Assembly: GCA_965247285.1 (NCBI GenBank)
Contig: CBDFHD010000002.1
Span: 548,632-612,631, forward strand
DNA: 64,000 nucleotides
Source of the DNA: Candidatus Poribacteria bacterium
GTDB taxonomy: Bacteria > Poribacteria > WGA-4E > WGA-3G
Direction: 5' to 3'
The notes below the pieces were generated by a model. It did no database searches. It saw only the letters and a list, made by a program, of their open reading frames with translations, and was not told where the DNA came from. The translations under genes and the position numbers were made by a program. Positions 10,451 to 21,168 of this stretch are shown here, one piece after another (within the stretch, counting starts at the first letter, position 1; every line of letters begins with the position of its first letter).

Positions 10451-12502
10451 ATGCAGTACACATCACAGCAAAATGATTGGTTGGTTCAGCCCTTTTGTCA
10501 ACCTGCTTCAGTAACAGAAACGGACAATCGGCTTATTCTCGGTAATGGTCTCATCCAGCGTACATTCGTCGCTTCACCTAATTTCGCAACGGTCAATTAT
10601 ACCAATCAAATTACGGGTAGTAGTTTTCTCCGTGGCATCAAACCAGAGGCGGTGCTTACGATTGACGGACACCAATTTGAGGTGGGTGGCTTGAAAGGAC
10701 AGCCCGACTACGCCTATCTTGATTCGGATTGGATTGTGGACTTGACGAGTGACCGGAACGCATTTCAATTTCGCGAATATCGAGTCGATGAAACTGAAAT
10801 CCCCTATCCGTGGGTACGCAGGCGTTCTGCTACATCATCAGTATATCCTCCAGAGGGTGTGACACTGACGATTGCGTTCTCACCGCCGCCATCTGTTGAT
10901 TCCCTTCAGGTTTGTGTGCATTATGAACTATACCAAGGCATTCCAGTCCTATCCAAGTGGATCACTATCCGCAATGAGGGGCAAAAACCGATTCAACTTG
11001 ATGCCTTAAGTTGTGAAATCCTTGCGGTCAACGAGCAGGAGAAGCATAGGCTACATGTCGAGAGCAATTATGCCTTCAGTGGAGTGGAAACGACGCAATG
11101 GGGTCCAGATGCGGATTACAAGACGCAAGTCGATTATCACTATCAGATGCCACTGTTGATGACAAGTTGTTATCCACTCGGTCCGGGAATACTTCTTCAA
11201 CCCGGAGAGACTTTCAAGAGTTTTCGCACCTTTGAGATTCTGCATGATAGTGATGCGCGTGAGCGAAAAGGACTCGCACGCCGCAAGATGTATCGCACGG
11301 TCGCGCCACAGGTCACGGAGAATCCAATTCTAATGCACGTTCGGAGTGCTGAGCCGGACCCAGTTCGTTTAGCGATTGATCAATGTGCCGAAGTCGGATT
11401 TGAAATGGTGATTATGACCTTTGGGAGTGGATTCAATATCGAGAGCGAAGACACGGAATACATCGCTACAATGAAGGAATTGACCGATTATGCACACGGG
11501 AAAGGTATTCAACTCGGTGGTTATACGCTGATGTGTGCTTCGCGGAATGTGGGTGAAGACTTCAACTGTATTGACCCAGACACCGGGCAACCCGGAAGTA
11601 AGTTTGGGCAGAGTGCTTGTCTTGCGAGCAGATGGGCAGACGGCTACTTCCAGCGAGTGCTGAATTTCATGGATGCAACCGGAATGGATGTCATAGAGAC
11701 GGATGGTCCTTATCATGGTGACGTCTGTGCGGCAACGACGCACGAATACCATAACGGCTTGGCGGATTCGCAGTTGCGTCAGTGGGAAGCATGCGTTTCT
11801 TTTTACCACGAATGCCGAGCACGCGGTATCTATATCAATTCGCCAGATCGGTATTACCTCAACGGTTCAAACAAATGCGGTATGGGCTATCGCGAAACGA
11901 ATTTCAGCTTGCCCCGCGAGCGGCAAATTCTGATTGCCCGACAGAATATCTACGATGGGACATTTGAAAAGACACCAAGTATGGGCTGGATGTTCGTCCC
12001 GTTGGTAGAGTACCACGGCGGCGGAGAAGCCGCAACGTTTGAGCCGCTTTGCGAACACCTTGATGACTACGAATCACATCTTGCACAAAACTTTGGCAGT
12101 GGTGTGATTGCGTGCTATCGCGGTCCCCGGCTTTTTGATACTGAAGAGACGAAAGCGGTCGTTAAGAAATGGGTTGACTTCTACAAAAAGTATCGCCCAA
12201 TATTGGATTCTGACCTGATTCACGTGCGCCGCCCAGATGGCCGTTCCATTGATTGTGTGCTCCACGCCAACACGCAAATCAGTCCCTGTGGATTAGCAAT
12301 GCTCTATAATCCTACGCGTAGGGTGCAACAGATGACTTTGAAATTACCGCTCTATTATACTGGATTGTCTGAAATTGCCAAAATTCGTGAAGAAGAAGGA
12401 GAACCCAAACGGCACACAATTGACCGGGATTACAACGTTGAGATTCCAATTAAGATGGAAGCAAAGAGCGTTAGCTATCTCGTTATTGACCCTGAAATTT
12501 GA
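10451..12502 (+). CDS. hypothetical protein, possibly a TIM-barrel carbohydrate-active enzyme (no confident family)
   Basis: 683-aa ORF with good coding character and no recognisable catalytic motif. Divergently transcribed from the upstream LamG gene. Confidence 0.3.
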   Translation: MQYTSQQNDWLVQPFCQPASVTETDNRLILGNGLIQRTFVASPNFATVNYTNQITGSSFLRGIKPEAVLTIDGHQFEVGGLKGQPDYAYLDSDWIVDLTSDRNAFQFREYRVDETEIPYPWVRRRSATSSVYPPEGVTLTIAFSPPPSVDSLQVCVHYELYQGIPVLSKWITIRNEGQKPIQLDALSCEILAVNEQEKHRLHVESNYAFSGVETTQWGPDADYKTQVDYHYQMPLLMTSCYPLGPGILLQPGETFKSFRTFEILHDSDARERKGLARRKMYRTVAPQVTENPILMHVRSAEPDPVRLAIDQCAEVGFEMVIMTFGSGFNIESEDTEYIATMKELTDYAHGKGIQLGGYTLMCASRNVGEDFNCIDPDTGQPGSKFGQSACLASRWADGYFQRVLNFMDATGMDVIETDGPYHGDVCAATTHEYHNGLADSQLRQWEACVSFYHECRARGIYINSPDRYYLNGSNKCGMGYRETNFSLPRERQILIARQNIYDGTFEKTPSMGWMFVPLVEYHGGGEAATFEPLCEHLDDYESHLAQNFGSGVIACYRGPRLFDTEETKAVVKKWVDFYKKYRPILDSDLIHVRRPDGRSIDCVLHANTQISPCGLAMLYNPTRRVQQMTLKLPLYYTGLSEIAKIREEEGEPKRHTIDRDYNVEIPIKMEAKSVSYLVIDPEI

Positions 12503-12580
12503 GTCCTCCCTAATTTTCGATACCAGTAGTCCGTGGTGAAAAACAGCGTAATTGGTGATAATTAAACCGTACGTTCACAA

Positions 12581-13369
12581 ATGGAGGTAAAAATGAGAGG
12601 AATCCAATTAGCGAAAGCAATTTTGGTATACGCAACGTTGATCTGCATCAGTTTAATGATTCCAGATCTCAGTTCTGCCAAACTCGATCCGGAAGCACTT
12701 TTGGGAATATGGTTCTTTGATGAAGGTAAAGGCGGTACGGCAAAAGATTCTTCCAAAAATGGCAATGACGGAGAGATTGTTGATCTCCAATGGGCAGATG
12801 GCAAGTTCGACAAAGCCCTAAAGTTTGAGGGTGGAGGTCATGTTGCTGTCGGCGATTTTTCTGACTATAAAGATGAAGTGTCGATCGTTGCTTTGATTCA
12901 AACGCCTGCAGCCCCCGCATGGTCTGACATCATCGTAGGTCCCTGCGGCGACGTTATCTTGACATTGCAGAACCACAAATTAAATTTCGCTGGACAGTGT
13001 GGACAACCGATTCCGCATAACACGTGGTCTGAAACCTTGTTGAACGATGATAAATGGCATCAGATTGCGGGGGTTTATGACGGTAAAACAGTGGAGGTCT
13101 ATGTCGATGGTGAGTTAGAAGCATCTAATGCTGCCGCAGGTCCGTTTATAGCCGGAGCTAAGTATATCGGCTCCAGAGACGACAAGCAGGAGGCTTTCAC
13201 TGGTCTCATTGATGAGATCGCATTTTTCAATGTTGCACTCTCAGAAAATGATGTGAAAGCGATTGCCGACACTGGATTATCTATCGCACTCGGTTTTGCA
13301 GCGGCTTCTCCTCAAGCGAAACTGACCACGGCTTGGGCAAAATTGAAAAGCGGAATGGTAACCCACTAA
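12581..13369 (+). CDS. secreted LamG-like jellyroll protein
   Basis: Signal peptide; LLGIWFFDEGKGGTAKDSSKNGNDGEIVDLQWADGKFDKALKFEGGGHVAV; C-terminus ...AKLTTAWAKLKSGMVTH. Confidence 0.8.
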   Translation: MEVKMRGIQLAKAILVYATLICISLMIPDLSSAKLDPEALLGIWFFDEGKGGTAKDSSKNGNDGEIVDLQWADGKFDKALKFEGGGHVAVGDFSDYKDEVSIVALIQTPAAPAWSDIIVGPCGDVILTLQNHKLNFAGQCGQPIPHNTWSETLLNDDKWHQIAGVYDGKTVEVYVDGELEASNAAAGPFIAGAKYIGSRDDKQEAFTGLIDEIAFFNVALSENDVKAIADTGLSIALGFAAASPQAKLTTAWAKLKSGMVTH

Positions 13370-13439
13370 GGGTGTGAGTTTCGTTATGAGCCAACTCCTT
13401 GACTGCTCCTGTTCCACCAACAGTTGAAGTGATTTTTAT

Positions 13440-13560
13440 AGGACTTACGCACGTTGCTCTTTTGTAGCATAACCTGTTAGGTTGTGCCAAGAAACCGTCT
13501 GCGTTTTTTATACGGTCTCTCTTTCAGGGCGCGGGCGATGCTCAAAATTGCGTAAGTCCT
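13440..13560. mobile_element. MITE-like element, 121 bp, perfect 12-bp terminal inverted repeats AGGACTTACGCA / TGCGTAAGTCCT (family A)
   Basis: Read from sequence; about 97 percent identical to the 57343..57463 copy; intergenic. Confidence 0.7.
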
Positions 13561-13749
13561 GTTTTAGACGCGAATGATACGAGTGTTGGTCCCACCTATC
13601 AATTCTAAATTAGCCTGATTCAGAGCCTACAGAAAAACCTGCGTCGCGAAAAAGACTCTGTCTTTTCTGAACAAATTCATTACTTATTTGCCTAACTTAA
13701 CAGAAAGGTGTATATTCAAAAAATTATCAACTGTTCGCGAGGAAGACGT

Positions 13750-15900
13750 ATGAAACGAAAACATGTTATTATAACCCTTTTCCTGTGTGCACTGGTGTTT
13801 TCATTGGCAGTCGTCCTAAATACTTGGACGCAAGAAGGACTTTCAAAAGAGGAGAAACGGTTCGACCTTGACCGGGATGGTGAACTCAGCGACGCTGAAA
13901 CCACTCTCATGATTCGGGTGATGCGACTTGAAACCCAGAGAGGTACTCAATTCAGCGAGAGCGAGATCCGTCAAATGCAAAGTGGAGAGCGAGATAGATC
14001 TCGCGGAAGAGGTGGGTTCGGTAGAAGGCGAGGTTCTAGGGGACCTTCAGGGCCACGCTTGAATCCGGAGCAGATCGCATTTAAGGATGGGGCAGCGACA
14101 ATCCCCGACCGAGAGACCTTCGAGAAACTGTCGTATCAGGGTTTAGAGGTGCGTATTGACACTCAACTTACCGGAATCGAATTTGTAAAGTTCCAGATTG
14201 AGAATACACATACACAAAACCCACAACTTTATTTTATGAATACGGAAACACATCGGTCGCACGGGAGTTTCATGAATGCTGCTGGTTTGGGACGAGGTCA
14301 AGGACAGATGCGGGGTGTGCTGAGTTACCGCCCACTTTTCGTGGCACCGAACGGTGAACCCGGGGTCTATACCTTTGAGTTTAATCCAAACGATGCATTC
14401 CCGTTTGAAGAGATCAAACTCGCACACGATCTGCTCGTCGCGAAAATGCTGTCGCTGAAGAATCGACTCGGTTATTGTCCGTTGTGGGGAGCGATCGACA
14501 TTTATAATCGCGAAAAGATATACTATGACGCGGCGGAATTTCCCGTATATTTTGAGGACGATCTCTATGCCAACATCGGTTACCTTCCGCTGAATCAAGC
14601 GGCATCATTCGGTCGGCTTCGTGTCTTGGAGGCAGATGAACGTCCCACGGTTCAGGACATCGTTATCTGTAAAACTCTACCTAACGAGATGCCACGAGTT
14701 GCCGGCGTTATCACAGGTGCTCGGCAAACGCCGCTTTCCCATGTCAACCTCCGTGCTATTCAAGACAAAGTCCCTAACGCTTTCATTACTAAGGCGTGGG
14801 AAAACGACGCGATTGCACCGCTTATTGGGAAATACGTCTACTATGGTGTAAACGCCGATGGTTTTGAAATTAGGGAAGCGACACTAAAGGAAGTGGAGAC
14901 CCATTTTGCTGATTTACGTCCGTCAAAAACCCAGAGACCCGAACGTGATCTCTCAGTTACGAAGGTTCTGCGGCTTGACAACATAGGGTTTGCTGACTCG
15001 TCACGTTTTGGTGTGAAAACGGCTAATCTGGCGACGCTCCGCACATTCGGATTCCCTGAAGGTACTGTGCCGAACGGGTTTGGGATACCATTTTATTTTT
15101 ATGATGAATTTATGAAGCACAACGGCTTCTATGAGAGGATTGAGAGTTTGCTCAGAGATCCGGTATTTCAGCGTGAACAGGACACAAAGGAAGCAGAACT
15201 GAAAAAGTTTCGGGTGGAAATCAAGAAGGGTGAAATGCCGGCATGGATGATGGACGCGCTTTCCGATTTACAGAGCGAATATCCTGAAGGAACACCTCTC
15301 CGGTGCCGCTCCAGCACGAACAACGAGGACCTGCCCGGTTTCAGTGGTGCGGGTTTATACGACTCCTTCACGCACCACTCAGACGAGGGGCACTTATCCA
15401 AGTCAATTAAGCAGGTGTTTGCGAGCCTTTGGAATTACCGAGCGTTTGAGGCACGTGATTTTTATCGTATTGACCATATCGCTACTGCTATGGGTGTACT
15501 TGTGCATCCCAATTTTGAAAGCGAATTGGCGAACGGGGTAGCTGTAAGCGATGATGTTGTGTATCAGACGACAGGAAATTATTATCTCAACACCCAAGTT
15601 GGCGAGGACCTCGTGACCAACCCTGAAGAACAATCTGTTCCGGAAGAGATCCTCTTGGATTGGTGGGATAGCAATAACTACCGAGTTGTGACGAGTTCTA
15701 ATCGCACATCCGACAACAAACGGATTCTAACGAGAGAATACTTACGCCAACTCAGTTTCTATCTCGGCACGGTACACAACAAATTCAGTCAGCTCTACAG
15801 GCCCATTTCGCCGACGAAAGTGTTCGCTATGGAGGTTGAATTCAAGATTACAAGCGACGGAAAGCTTCTAATCAAACAGGCGAGACCGTGGGGACAGTGA
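13750..15900 (+). CDS. membrane-anchored PEP/pyruvate-binding-domain (PPDK_N, ATP-grasp-like) protein
   Basis: N-terminal hydrophobic anchor (HVIITLFLCALVFSLAVVLN), EF-hand/dockerin-like loop DLDRDGELSDAE, RGG-rich segment RSRGRGGFGRRRGSRGPSGP, then PPDK_N-like region (IVICKTLPNEMPRVAGVITGARQTPLSHVNLRA...). Start placed at ATG 13750, downstream of the ORF-track start. Confidence 0.5.
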   Translation: MKRKHVIITLFLCALVFSLAVVLNTWTQEGLSKEEKRFDLDRDGELSDAETTLMIRVMRLETQRGTQFSESEIRQMQSGERDRSRGRGGFGRRRGSRGPSGPRLNPEQIAFKDGAATIPDRETFEKLSYQGLEVRIDTQLTGIEFVKFQIENTHTQNPQLYFMNTETHRSHGSFMNAAGLGRGQGQMRGVLSYRPLFVAPNGEPGVYTFEFNPNDAFPFEEIKLAHDLLVAKMLSLKNRLGYCPLWGAIDIYNREKIYYDAAEFPVYFEDDLYANIGYLPLNQAASFGRLRVLEADERPTVQDIVICKTLPNEMPRVAGVITGARQTPLSHVNLRAIQDKVPNAFITKAWENDAIAPLIGKYVYYGVNADGFEIREATLKEVETHFADLRPSKTQRPERDLSVTKVLRLDNIGFADSSRFGVKTANLATLRTFGFPEGTVPNGFGIPFYFYDEFMKHNGFYERIESLLRDPVFQREQDTKEAELKKFRVEIKKGEMPAWMMDALSDLQSEYPEGTPLRCRSSTNNEDLPGFSGAGLYDSFTHHSDEGHLSKSIKQVFASLWNYRAFEARDFYRIDHIATAMGVLVHPNFESELANGVAVSDDVVYQTTGNYYLNTQVGEDLVTNPEEQSVPEEILLDWWDSNNYRVVTSSNRTSDNKRILTREYLRQLSFYLGTVHNKFSQLYRPISPTKVFAMEVEFKITSDGKLLIKQARPWGQ

Positions 15901-15911
15901 GTTTTCAATTT

Positions 15912-16027
15912 AGGGCTTACGCAATTTTCTTATGAACAACGACTACCACACGCCGCTGGCGAGGTTTCAAACAGGGGTGCCTACCCGTTACTGAAAAAGA
16001 GTGCCAGCAAAAGAGGACGTAAGTCCT
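15912..16027. mobile_element. MITE-like element (family A variant) with TIRs AGGGCTTACGCA / ACGTAAGTCCT, carrying the TGAACAACGAC..GCCGCTGGCGAGG core
   Basis: TIRs read from sequence. The core is shared with the 34046..34160 element. Lies between convergent genes. Confidence 0.55.
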
Positions 16028-16037
16028 ATCAATATTG

Positions 16038-16063
16038 ACATGTGCGCTTTGCAGCGCACATGT
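16038..16063. repeat. perfect hairpin (11-bp stem, 4-nt loop) ACATGTGCGCT-TTGC-AGCGCACATGT between convergent genes
   Basis: Read from sequence; no downstream U-tract, so not a canonical intrinsic terminator. Confidence 0.5.
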
Positions 16064-16095
16064 ATCGGTTCTATAAGTTGGTTCAGTGACATGTA

Positions 16096-16845
16096 TCAAT
16101 TGGCTTTGAGTTTACCCCATGTCACCGCGAGCTTATCTGCCGCATCTACGGCGAGGATTGTGTTGAAGCCGGAATTCATAAATTCCTGGATTTCCTTTTG
16201 AGACTTCACCTTGTTGGAAATCCAGAGTTCGTCCATACCACCAATGAAATGAGATGAGCTAGAAGTCCGTCGATATCCAATATCAAGACTGGGTTCTCCT
16301 GTGACGTCAATGACCCCGCCCCCGGCGATTGGACCCCCGTCGTCTTCTTCACCATTGATATAGATAATCGCCTCTTTGCCATCCCATGTTGCGGCGACGT
16401 GACTCCATTCGCCTTCAGCAATCGTAGTTTGTCCGAGAAAATCTTTGACATGATACGTAGTCCAGACGAGTTTCTTTGAACCGTGGAATCCAAATTTCCA
16501 GCCGGCTCCGCCGTCCATCTCTACAATATTTTGCCAATTGTTAATGCCATCAGGGTTTACCCATGCGCCCACACTCATCGGGTCGGTGAGTTCTTTCAAA
16601 GGCGCAGCGTTTTCGATTGTAATAAACGTTCCGCCATCAAATTTAAATGCTTTGTCAAATTCGCCATCAATCCAAGATGCCTTTCCTTCAGCAGTACCAT
16701 CGTTTCCATGGTCTGAGAGGTCGGTGAGCGCGTCTCCTTTTCCCTCGTCAAATGTGGCGAGGAACACAATATCTTTCGGTAGCTCCGCGTATACGCTCCC
16801 AATACAGATTGTTAAAAGTAGGAGTGAATAAATTAAAGTTCGCAT
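16096..16845 (-). CDS. secreted LamG-like jellyroll protein
   Basis: Start moved to internal ATG (16845), which has SD AAGGAG 8 nt upstream and a signal peptide MRTLIYSLLLLTICIGSVYA. Laminin_G_3 signature FLATFDEGKGDALTDLSDHGNDGTAEG. C-terminus ...DKLAVTWGKLKAN. Confidence 0.8.
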   Translation of the reverse strand: MRTLIYSLLLLTICIGSVYAELPKDIVFLATFDEGKGDALTDLSDHGNDGTAEGKASWIDGEFDKAFKFDGGTFITIENAAPLKELTDPMSVGAWVNPDGINNWQNIVEMDGGAGWKFGFHGSKKLVWTTYHVKDFLGQTTIAEGEWSHVAATWDGKEAIIYINGEEDDGGPIAGGGVIDVTGEPSLDIGYRRTSSSSHFIGGMDELWISNKVKSQKEIQEFMNSGFNTILAVDAADKLAVTWGKLKAN

Positions 16846-17068
16846 TTTATAGCTCCTTATGAGGAATTTGCTATTAGCAAAACCTACTGATACCGGATTT
16901 CGGGTTTGGTTAAATGAGGGTATTGGTTCAAGAGTGATGCGAGAATTAGCGTGATACCCCTCTGGATCACGCTGCATCACATTTCAACGGTTATTCGTAA
17001 ATTTGACAAAAATTGTCAATCAAAAAACAAACGCAATCCAAATTTTAGAGGCAAATATGATACCCACT

Positions 17069-19309
17069 TTACGGGTTCCACCAATAGGTTATTTTTCCGA
17101 GAACCGACCAGTCAAGGGGGTCAACACCCCCGTCGCGGGTATCATAGGTCTGATTGAGAACGAGGTAGAAATCGCTGCCCGGACGATAGATGTAGTTGAC
17201 TAAAAAATTCGCAGAGATTATGTCTGTATCGGTACTCCATTGCGTAAACAACTTCGTGAAAAGCGTTGTAGAGAAGGAATAACCGACACGTCCGCCGAAA
17301 GCGTTCGCATCAAATTCTTCATCAGTCAGCGTAATGCGGTTAAATTCGATGAACGGTTCTATACTAAACCGTGCGCTCGGTCTGACAGTCGCCTCTATTG
17401 AGAAACCGCGTCTCGTGCCGCTATAGAACTCCCCAATTTCCACTTGCAGTCGCGCCGTAATCATCCTGCTACTGCTGGTTCGAATTGAGGTCCGAAACGA
17501 AGTAAAATTATAATCCTCGACCGGGATACTAATGTCTTGAATCAGAAACTCCTCGTTCAGATTTTCCGTTGTGTTCTTGAGTTGGAACCCAATGTCGTCA
17601 CCCGTTTCAAACGAAAATCGCGTATCAAAGGTTATCTCTTGGGTTTCCACCTCGTTGTCTTGTGTCAGAATGAGATCGATTTCGGGTCCGATCTGAATCT
17701 CGCGAATGCCAAATTTACCGGGCCACGGGGTGTAGCTGGCATCACCGCGAAAGCGACGGAGGTCTGCCCGTTGAACGAAACCGACTTCCGGATTAAAGTC
17801 CTCACCGATGTCCATGTATGAACCGTTGAGTCGAAACAGATTCGTTCGCCAATCACCCGTCAAGGAGAAGGCGTTGCTCTTTCCAAGGACATCGGTTTCA
17901 AAGGTGCGTGCCCATAACCCTTGGAGATTAATCTCTCGTGTCGGACGGTACGAAAAATCAAGTCCGGTCGTGCGGTTGTATGCATCGGCATCTTGCTTAT
18001 TGACAAGAATCGCGCCGACAGTCGATCCACTTAAGATGTCTCTGTTCACCCGCACCACTGAGTAATTTGTGCGGAGTTCGTTGAATATGTCTGCCTCGGA
18101 TGTCTCCGTCCCATCATCTTCAAATTTATCCGTCAACACATTCAGGATCCCGATACCGTAGGGCCCGATTTTCCCCGTCACTTTACCGCCGCCGAGAAGG
18201 GGAATTGCGCGCTCTTCTGCAAGCCCGATACGGCGGCTATAAAAGAGCAGTAAAGGTGGGGGTATACGGAAACTTGTGCGTGGAATCCCGACATCGAAAA
18301 TACTGGCACCTTCTAAAAAAAATGGACGCTGCTCCGGGAAAAAGAGACTGAAACGGGTGAGGTTCACCTGCTCTTGGTCTGCCTCGACTTGGGCGAAATC
18401 GGTATTAAAGGTCAGATCGGCAGTTAAATTCGGTGTTAAGCCGTACTTGAGGTCCAAGCCAGCTTCAAACACACCCTGAGTTTCTTCAGTTTCTGGCACG
18501 GAACTCATACCCGGTAACACATAAGGTAGCAATTCCAGATGCCTTGATGGAGAAATGCCCTCTAACCCTTCAAGCGTGCCGAAGTAGGCAGTGCGATACT
18601 TCGCCAAGCCACCGTACGTTTTGGGAGCCTCATTCCATGCCGCAATTTCTTGTTTTCTTGCGATTTCGCGTCCGAAATTTACACCCCAGTTCATTACGTC
18701 GCTTTGTTCAAAGCGGAGTTGGCTGAATGGAATTGCGATTTCCACTGTCCAATGGTCTTCGTTAATTCTACAGCGGCACTCCCAAACGATATCCCAGCTG
18801 TGGTTAAGGCTACCACCGCTGTTAGATACTGCCGTGTCTTCTATCCCGCCTACCGGTGTGAAGCGAAAGAAAACGGCATTGCGTCGGTCATTGTAAGTAT
18901 CTAATAGCAGAAACCCGTAGTCGTTGGAACGCAAACCTTCGGAGTCCCGACGCATGTCGTTAGCGACAATCTTGTCCATCTCTGAATCGAAAAAAATAAA
19001 TCCGAAGTACAGTTTTTTGTCATCGTAAAGAATACGTACTTCGGACTGTTCTGTCGCCGGTTCGCCTTGATCGGGTTGGATTTGGTATAATTGGCGGATC
19101 GGTTCTACATTTTGCCAAACAGATTCGTCAAACACCCCATCGACTTTGATTTCCTCAGAGGTGCGGTGTGCTGACATGCGTGGTAACTCCCGTTCGGTCT
19201 GTGCATCGACACTGATAGAAACACATAGCATACACATCCACAGTAGCATTAAAACATTCGCCTTTCGCCAACGTTGTCGAAATTGAAAATCAATAGTGAT
19301 GTATGACAT
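17069..19309 (-). CDS. CBM9-like carbohydrate-binding domain plus DUF5916-family protein (secreted)
   Basis: N-terminal hydrophobic signal; EIKVDGVFDESVWQNVEPI...YDDKKLYFGF is CBM9-like; large beta-rich C-terminal region. SD GGAGG upstream of ATG 19309. Confidence 0.6.
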   Translation of the reverse strand: MSYITIDFQFRQRWRKANVLMLLWMCMLCVSISVDAQTERELPRMSAHRTSEEIKVDGVFDESVWQNVEPIRQLYQIQPDQGEPATEQSEVRILYDDKKLYFGFIFFDSEMDKIVANDMRRDSEGLRSNDYGFLLLDTYNDRRNAVFFRFTPVGGIEDTAVSNSGGSLNHSWDIVWECRCRINEDHWTVEIAIPFSQLRFEQSDVMNWGVNFGREIARKQEIAAWNEAPKTYGGLAKYRTAYFGTLEGLEGISPSRHLELLPYVLPGMSSVPETEETQGVFEAGLDLKYGLTPNLTADLTFNTDFAQVEADQEQVNLTRFSLFFPEQRPFFLEGASIFDVGIPRTSFRIPPPLLLFYSRRIGLAEERAIPLLGGGKVTGKIGPYGIGILNVLTDKFEDDGTETSEADIFNELRTNYSVVRVNRDILSGSTVGAILVNKQDADAYNRTTGLDFSYRPTREINLQGLWARTFETDVLGKSNAFSLTGDWRTNLFRLNGSYMDIGEDFNPEVGFVQRADLRRFRGDASYTPWPGKFGIREIQIGPEIDLILTQDNEVETQEITFDTRFSFETGDDIGFQLKNTTENLNEEFLIQDISIPVEDYNFTSFRTSIRTSSSRMITARLQVEIGEFYSGTRRGFSIEATVRPSARFSIEPFIEFNRITLTDEEFDANAFGGRVGYSFSTTLFTKLFTQWSTDTDIISANFLVNYIYRPGSDFYLVLNQTYDTRDGGVDPLDWSVLGKITYWWNP

Positions 19310-19390
19310 TATGGGTTAGTGCCTCCTTTTTAGGCATTTCTATGTGAAAGGCGGGGTCGAAAACCCCGCCATTGATTGCTTTCTCTGAAA

Positions 19391-19957
19391 TCAGCGATGA
19401 TAGATGCTAACTTCCATACCGTCGCGTCTACCGGGTTGCCGTCTACTTTCAAACCAGTGTGTTTCGGAGTCGTAGTGTGAACGGACATGCTCCAGATAAT
19501 CAGCCATCTGGTCTGCCCTACCGACGTTGTCAGCGACAATCGTTGCTGGATTGGTTAATCGCGACGCTATTGCTTGGAAACATGCAAAATAACCATCTTT
19601 GTTGTTATCAAGGAACAGAAAATCGACGGGATCTTGGATGGTTTTGAGGACTTCTGCAGCGTCTCCGATACGGGAATCGACAAGGTCAGCTACGCCGGCA
19701 TTTTCAAAGTTAGCGCGAGCGCGTTGGGCGTTTGCTGCCTCTATTTCCACTGTTATCAATCTTCCAGTGCCTAAGGTTTTCAACACGCGTAAAATCCACA
19801 ATCCAGAATAACCGATAGCAGTCCCGCACTCTACAATTAGGATAGGCTTCGCATTTTCAACACAACTCGCAAGTAGTTTCGCCTTGTCAGGTCCCAACAT
19901 AGGGACTCGTTCTTCCCTGCACTGTTCCTCGACTTCTTCTAAAACTTGATCAAACAT
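19391..19957 (-). CDS. class I SAM-dependent O-methyltransferase (family 3, caffeoyl-CoA OMT-like)
   Basis: VECGTAIGYSGLWILRVL (SAM-binding motif I) and FLFLDNNKDGY. Confidence 0.75.
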   Translation of the reverse strand: MFDQVLEEVEEQCREERVPMLGPDKAKLLASCVENAKPILIVECGTAIGYSGLWILRVLKTLGTGRLITVEIEAANAQRARANFENAGVADLVDSRIGDAAEVLKTIQDPVDFLFLDNNKDGYFACFQAIASRLTNPATIVADNVGRADQMADYLEHVRSHYDSETHWFESRRQPGRRDGMEVSIYHR

Positions 19958-21168
19958 TAGTGCATCTCCATATTTTCTGTATCTTGCAGACTGGCGATGC
20001 TATAGTCAAATAACGTGTTGCTCATTTTGTGATGATCTTCAAGCGCGTAGTGTTCCAAGAGCGTTTTGGGACCGTGATTCAAGGCAAAAATGCCGTAATC
20101 GTTCCCGTTCGGTGCGCGGGTAATCGAATGGATGTGATCAAGATTATTACCACCACCACCGCCACGTCCACCACCACCGCCTTCGTTGTTGAATTCAATC
20201 CAGACAGCCGGATTGAAAACACGGTAGTAAATCGGATCGTCTGTAGTGGTGCCTCCGATCCAGACGAAATAGGTGTCATTGAGTCCAGCATCGATATCAG
20301 CCATCCAGATGTCGGCAAACTCGGTTTCAAGATTGTAGACATACGTCTTAATCAGGTTCCGAAGGTTTTCTTTTTGGGTGGCGTTCATTTCCGATGCTTT
20401 CACACCGATTCCGACAAAATCGGAATAGTCGTAATTTAAAAACGGGTCTGATGAATTACCCGCACCCACCTGAAGTCCACGACGACCTGTTTGAATCGCT
20501 TTTTCTCTCTGACTGGCATCAAGGCTATTCATTAAGGTAAAAGCGTTGCCCCTTTCATCCTCAAGCACCTCAATGCCGTTGATGGTTGCAGGTTCGGATC
20601 CAATGAAGGCAGGGACAATAGAAACAACATCACCTTGCACCAGAAAGTTGAGTGCTAAATGATGTCCATCTAACTGAAAACCCCACGATCCATCTGTCTC
20701 TGGATTGCCAAATAAAGCAATGTGGTAAGAGTTCGGATCCCAAAAGCCGGGTCTGATTCTGCTGAGGTGCGTTTCAACGTCTTTTGTAATGAGAGAGACT
20801 TTGGTATAGCCGTCGTCACTCAAAAATGCGTCCAAAACTTCATAGAAGAGCGTGAGTTGTTCAGAGGACAACCTCCCAAAACGGACTCCTCCTCGATCAC
20901 CTCCCATACTCGGTGGGAAATTCGTCCAAGAGTAAGATTCTTTGTGTCCGAGTGGGAAAGATGCTGCGTCAAGAAGTTCACTGCTCAATGATGTGCGGAA
21001 ATTGTTCATAACCGCCGCCAAAGCCACAATTGACGGTTTTGTGGAGATTTCAGCGATCCCTTCTGTTTTTTCTGCTTCAACGGTTGGGGTGTCGAAAATA
21101 TTGAGTGTAAGTCCCGCGATACTCAGCGTGGACAGTACAATAAATGTGAGTAGAATCTTGTGTGACAT
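19957..21168 (-). CDS. DUF3500-like secreted protein
   Basis: Start moved to ATG 21168 (SD AAGGA, signal peptide MSHKILLTFIVLSTLSIAGL). GFQLDGHHLALNF resembles the DUF3500 GHHLSLNF motif. Gly-rich tract near the C-terminus. Confidence 0.45.
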   Translation of the reverse strand: MSHKILLTFIVLSTLSIAGLTLNIFDTPTVEAEKTEGIAEISTKPSIVALAAVMNNFRTSLSSELLDAASFPLGHKESYSWTNFPPSMGGDRGGVRFGRLSSEQLTLFYEVLDAFLSDDGYTKVSLITKDVETHLSRIRPGFWDPNSYHIALFGNPETDGSWGFQLDGHHLALNFLVQGDVVSIVPAFIGSEPATINGIEVLEDERGNAFTLMNSLDASQREKAIQTGRRGLQVGAGNSSDPFLNYDYSDFVGIGVKASEMNATQKENLRNLIKTYVYNLETEFADIWMADIDAGLNDTYFVWIGGTTTDDPIYYRVFNPAVWIEFNNEGGGGGRGGGGGNNLDHIHSITRAPNGNDYGIFALNHGPKTLLEHYALEDHHKMSNTLFDYSIASLQDTENMEMH

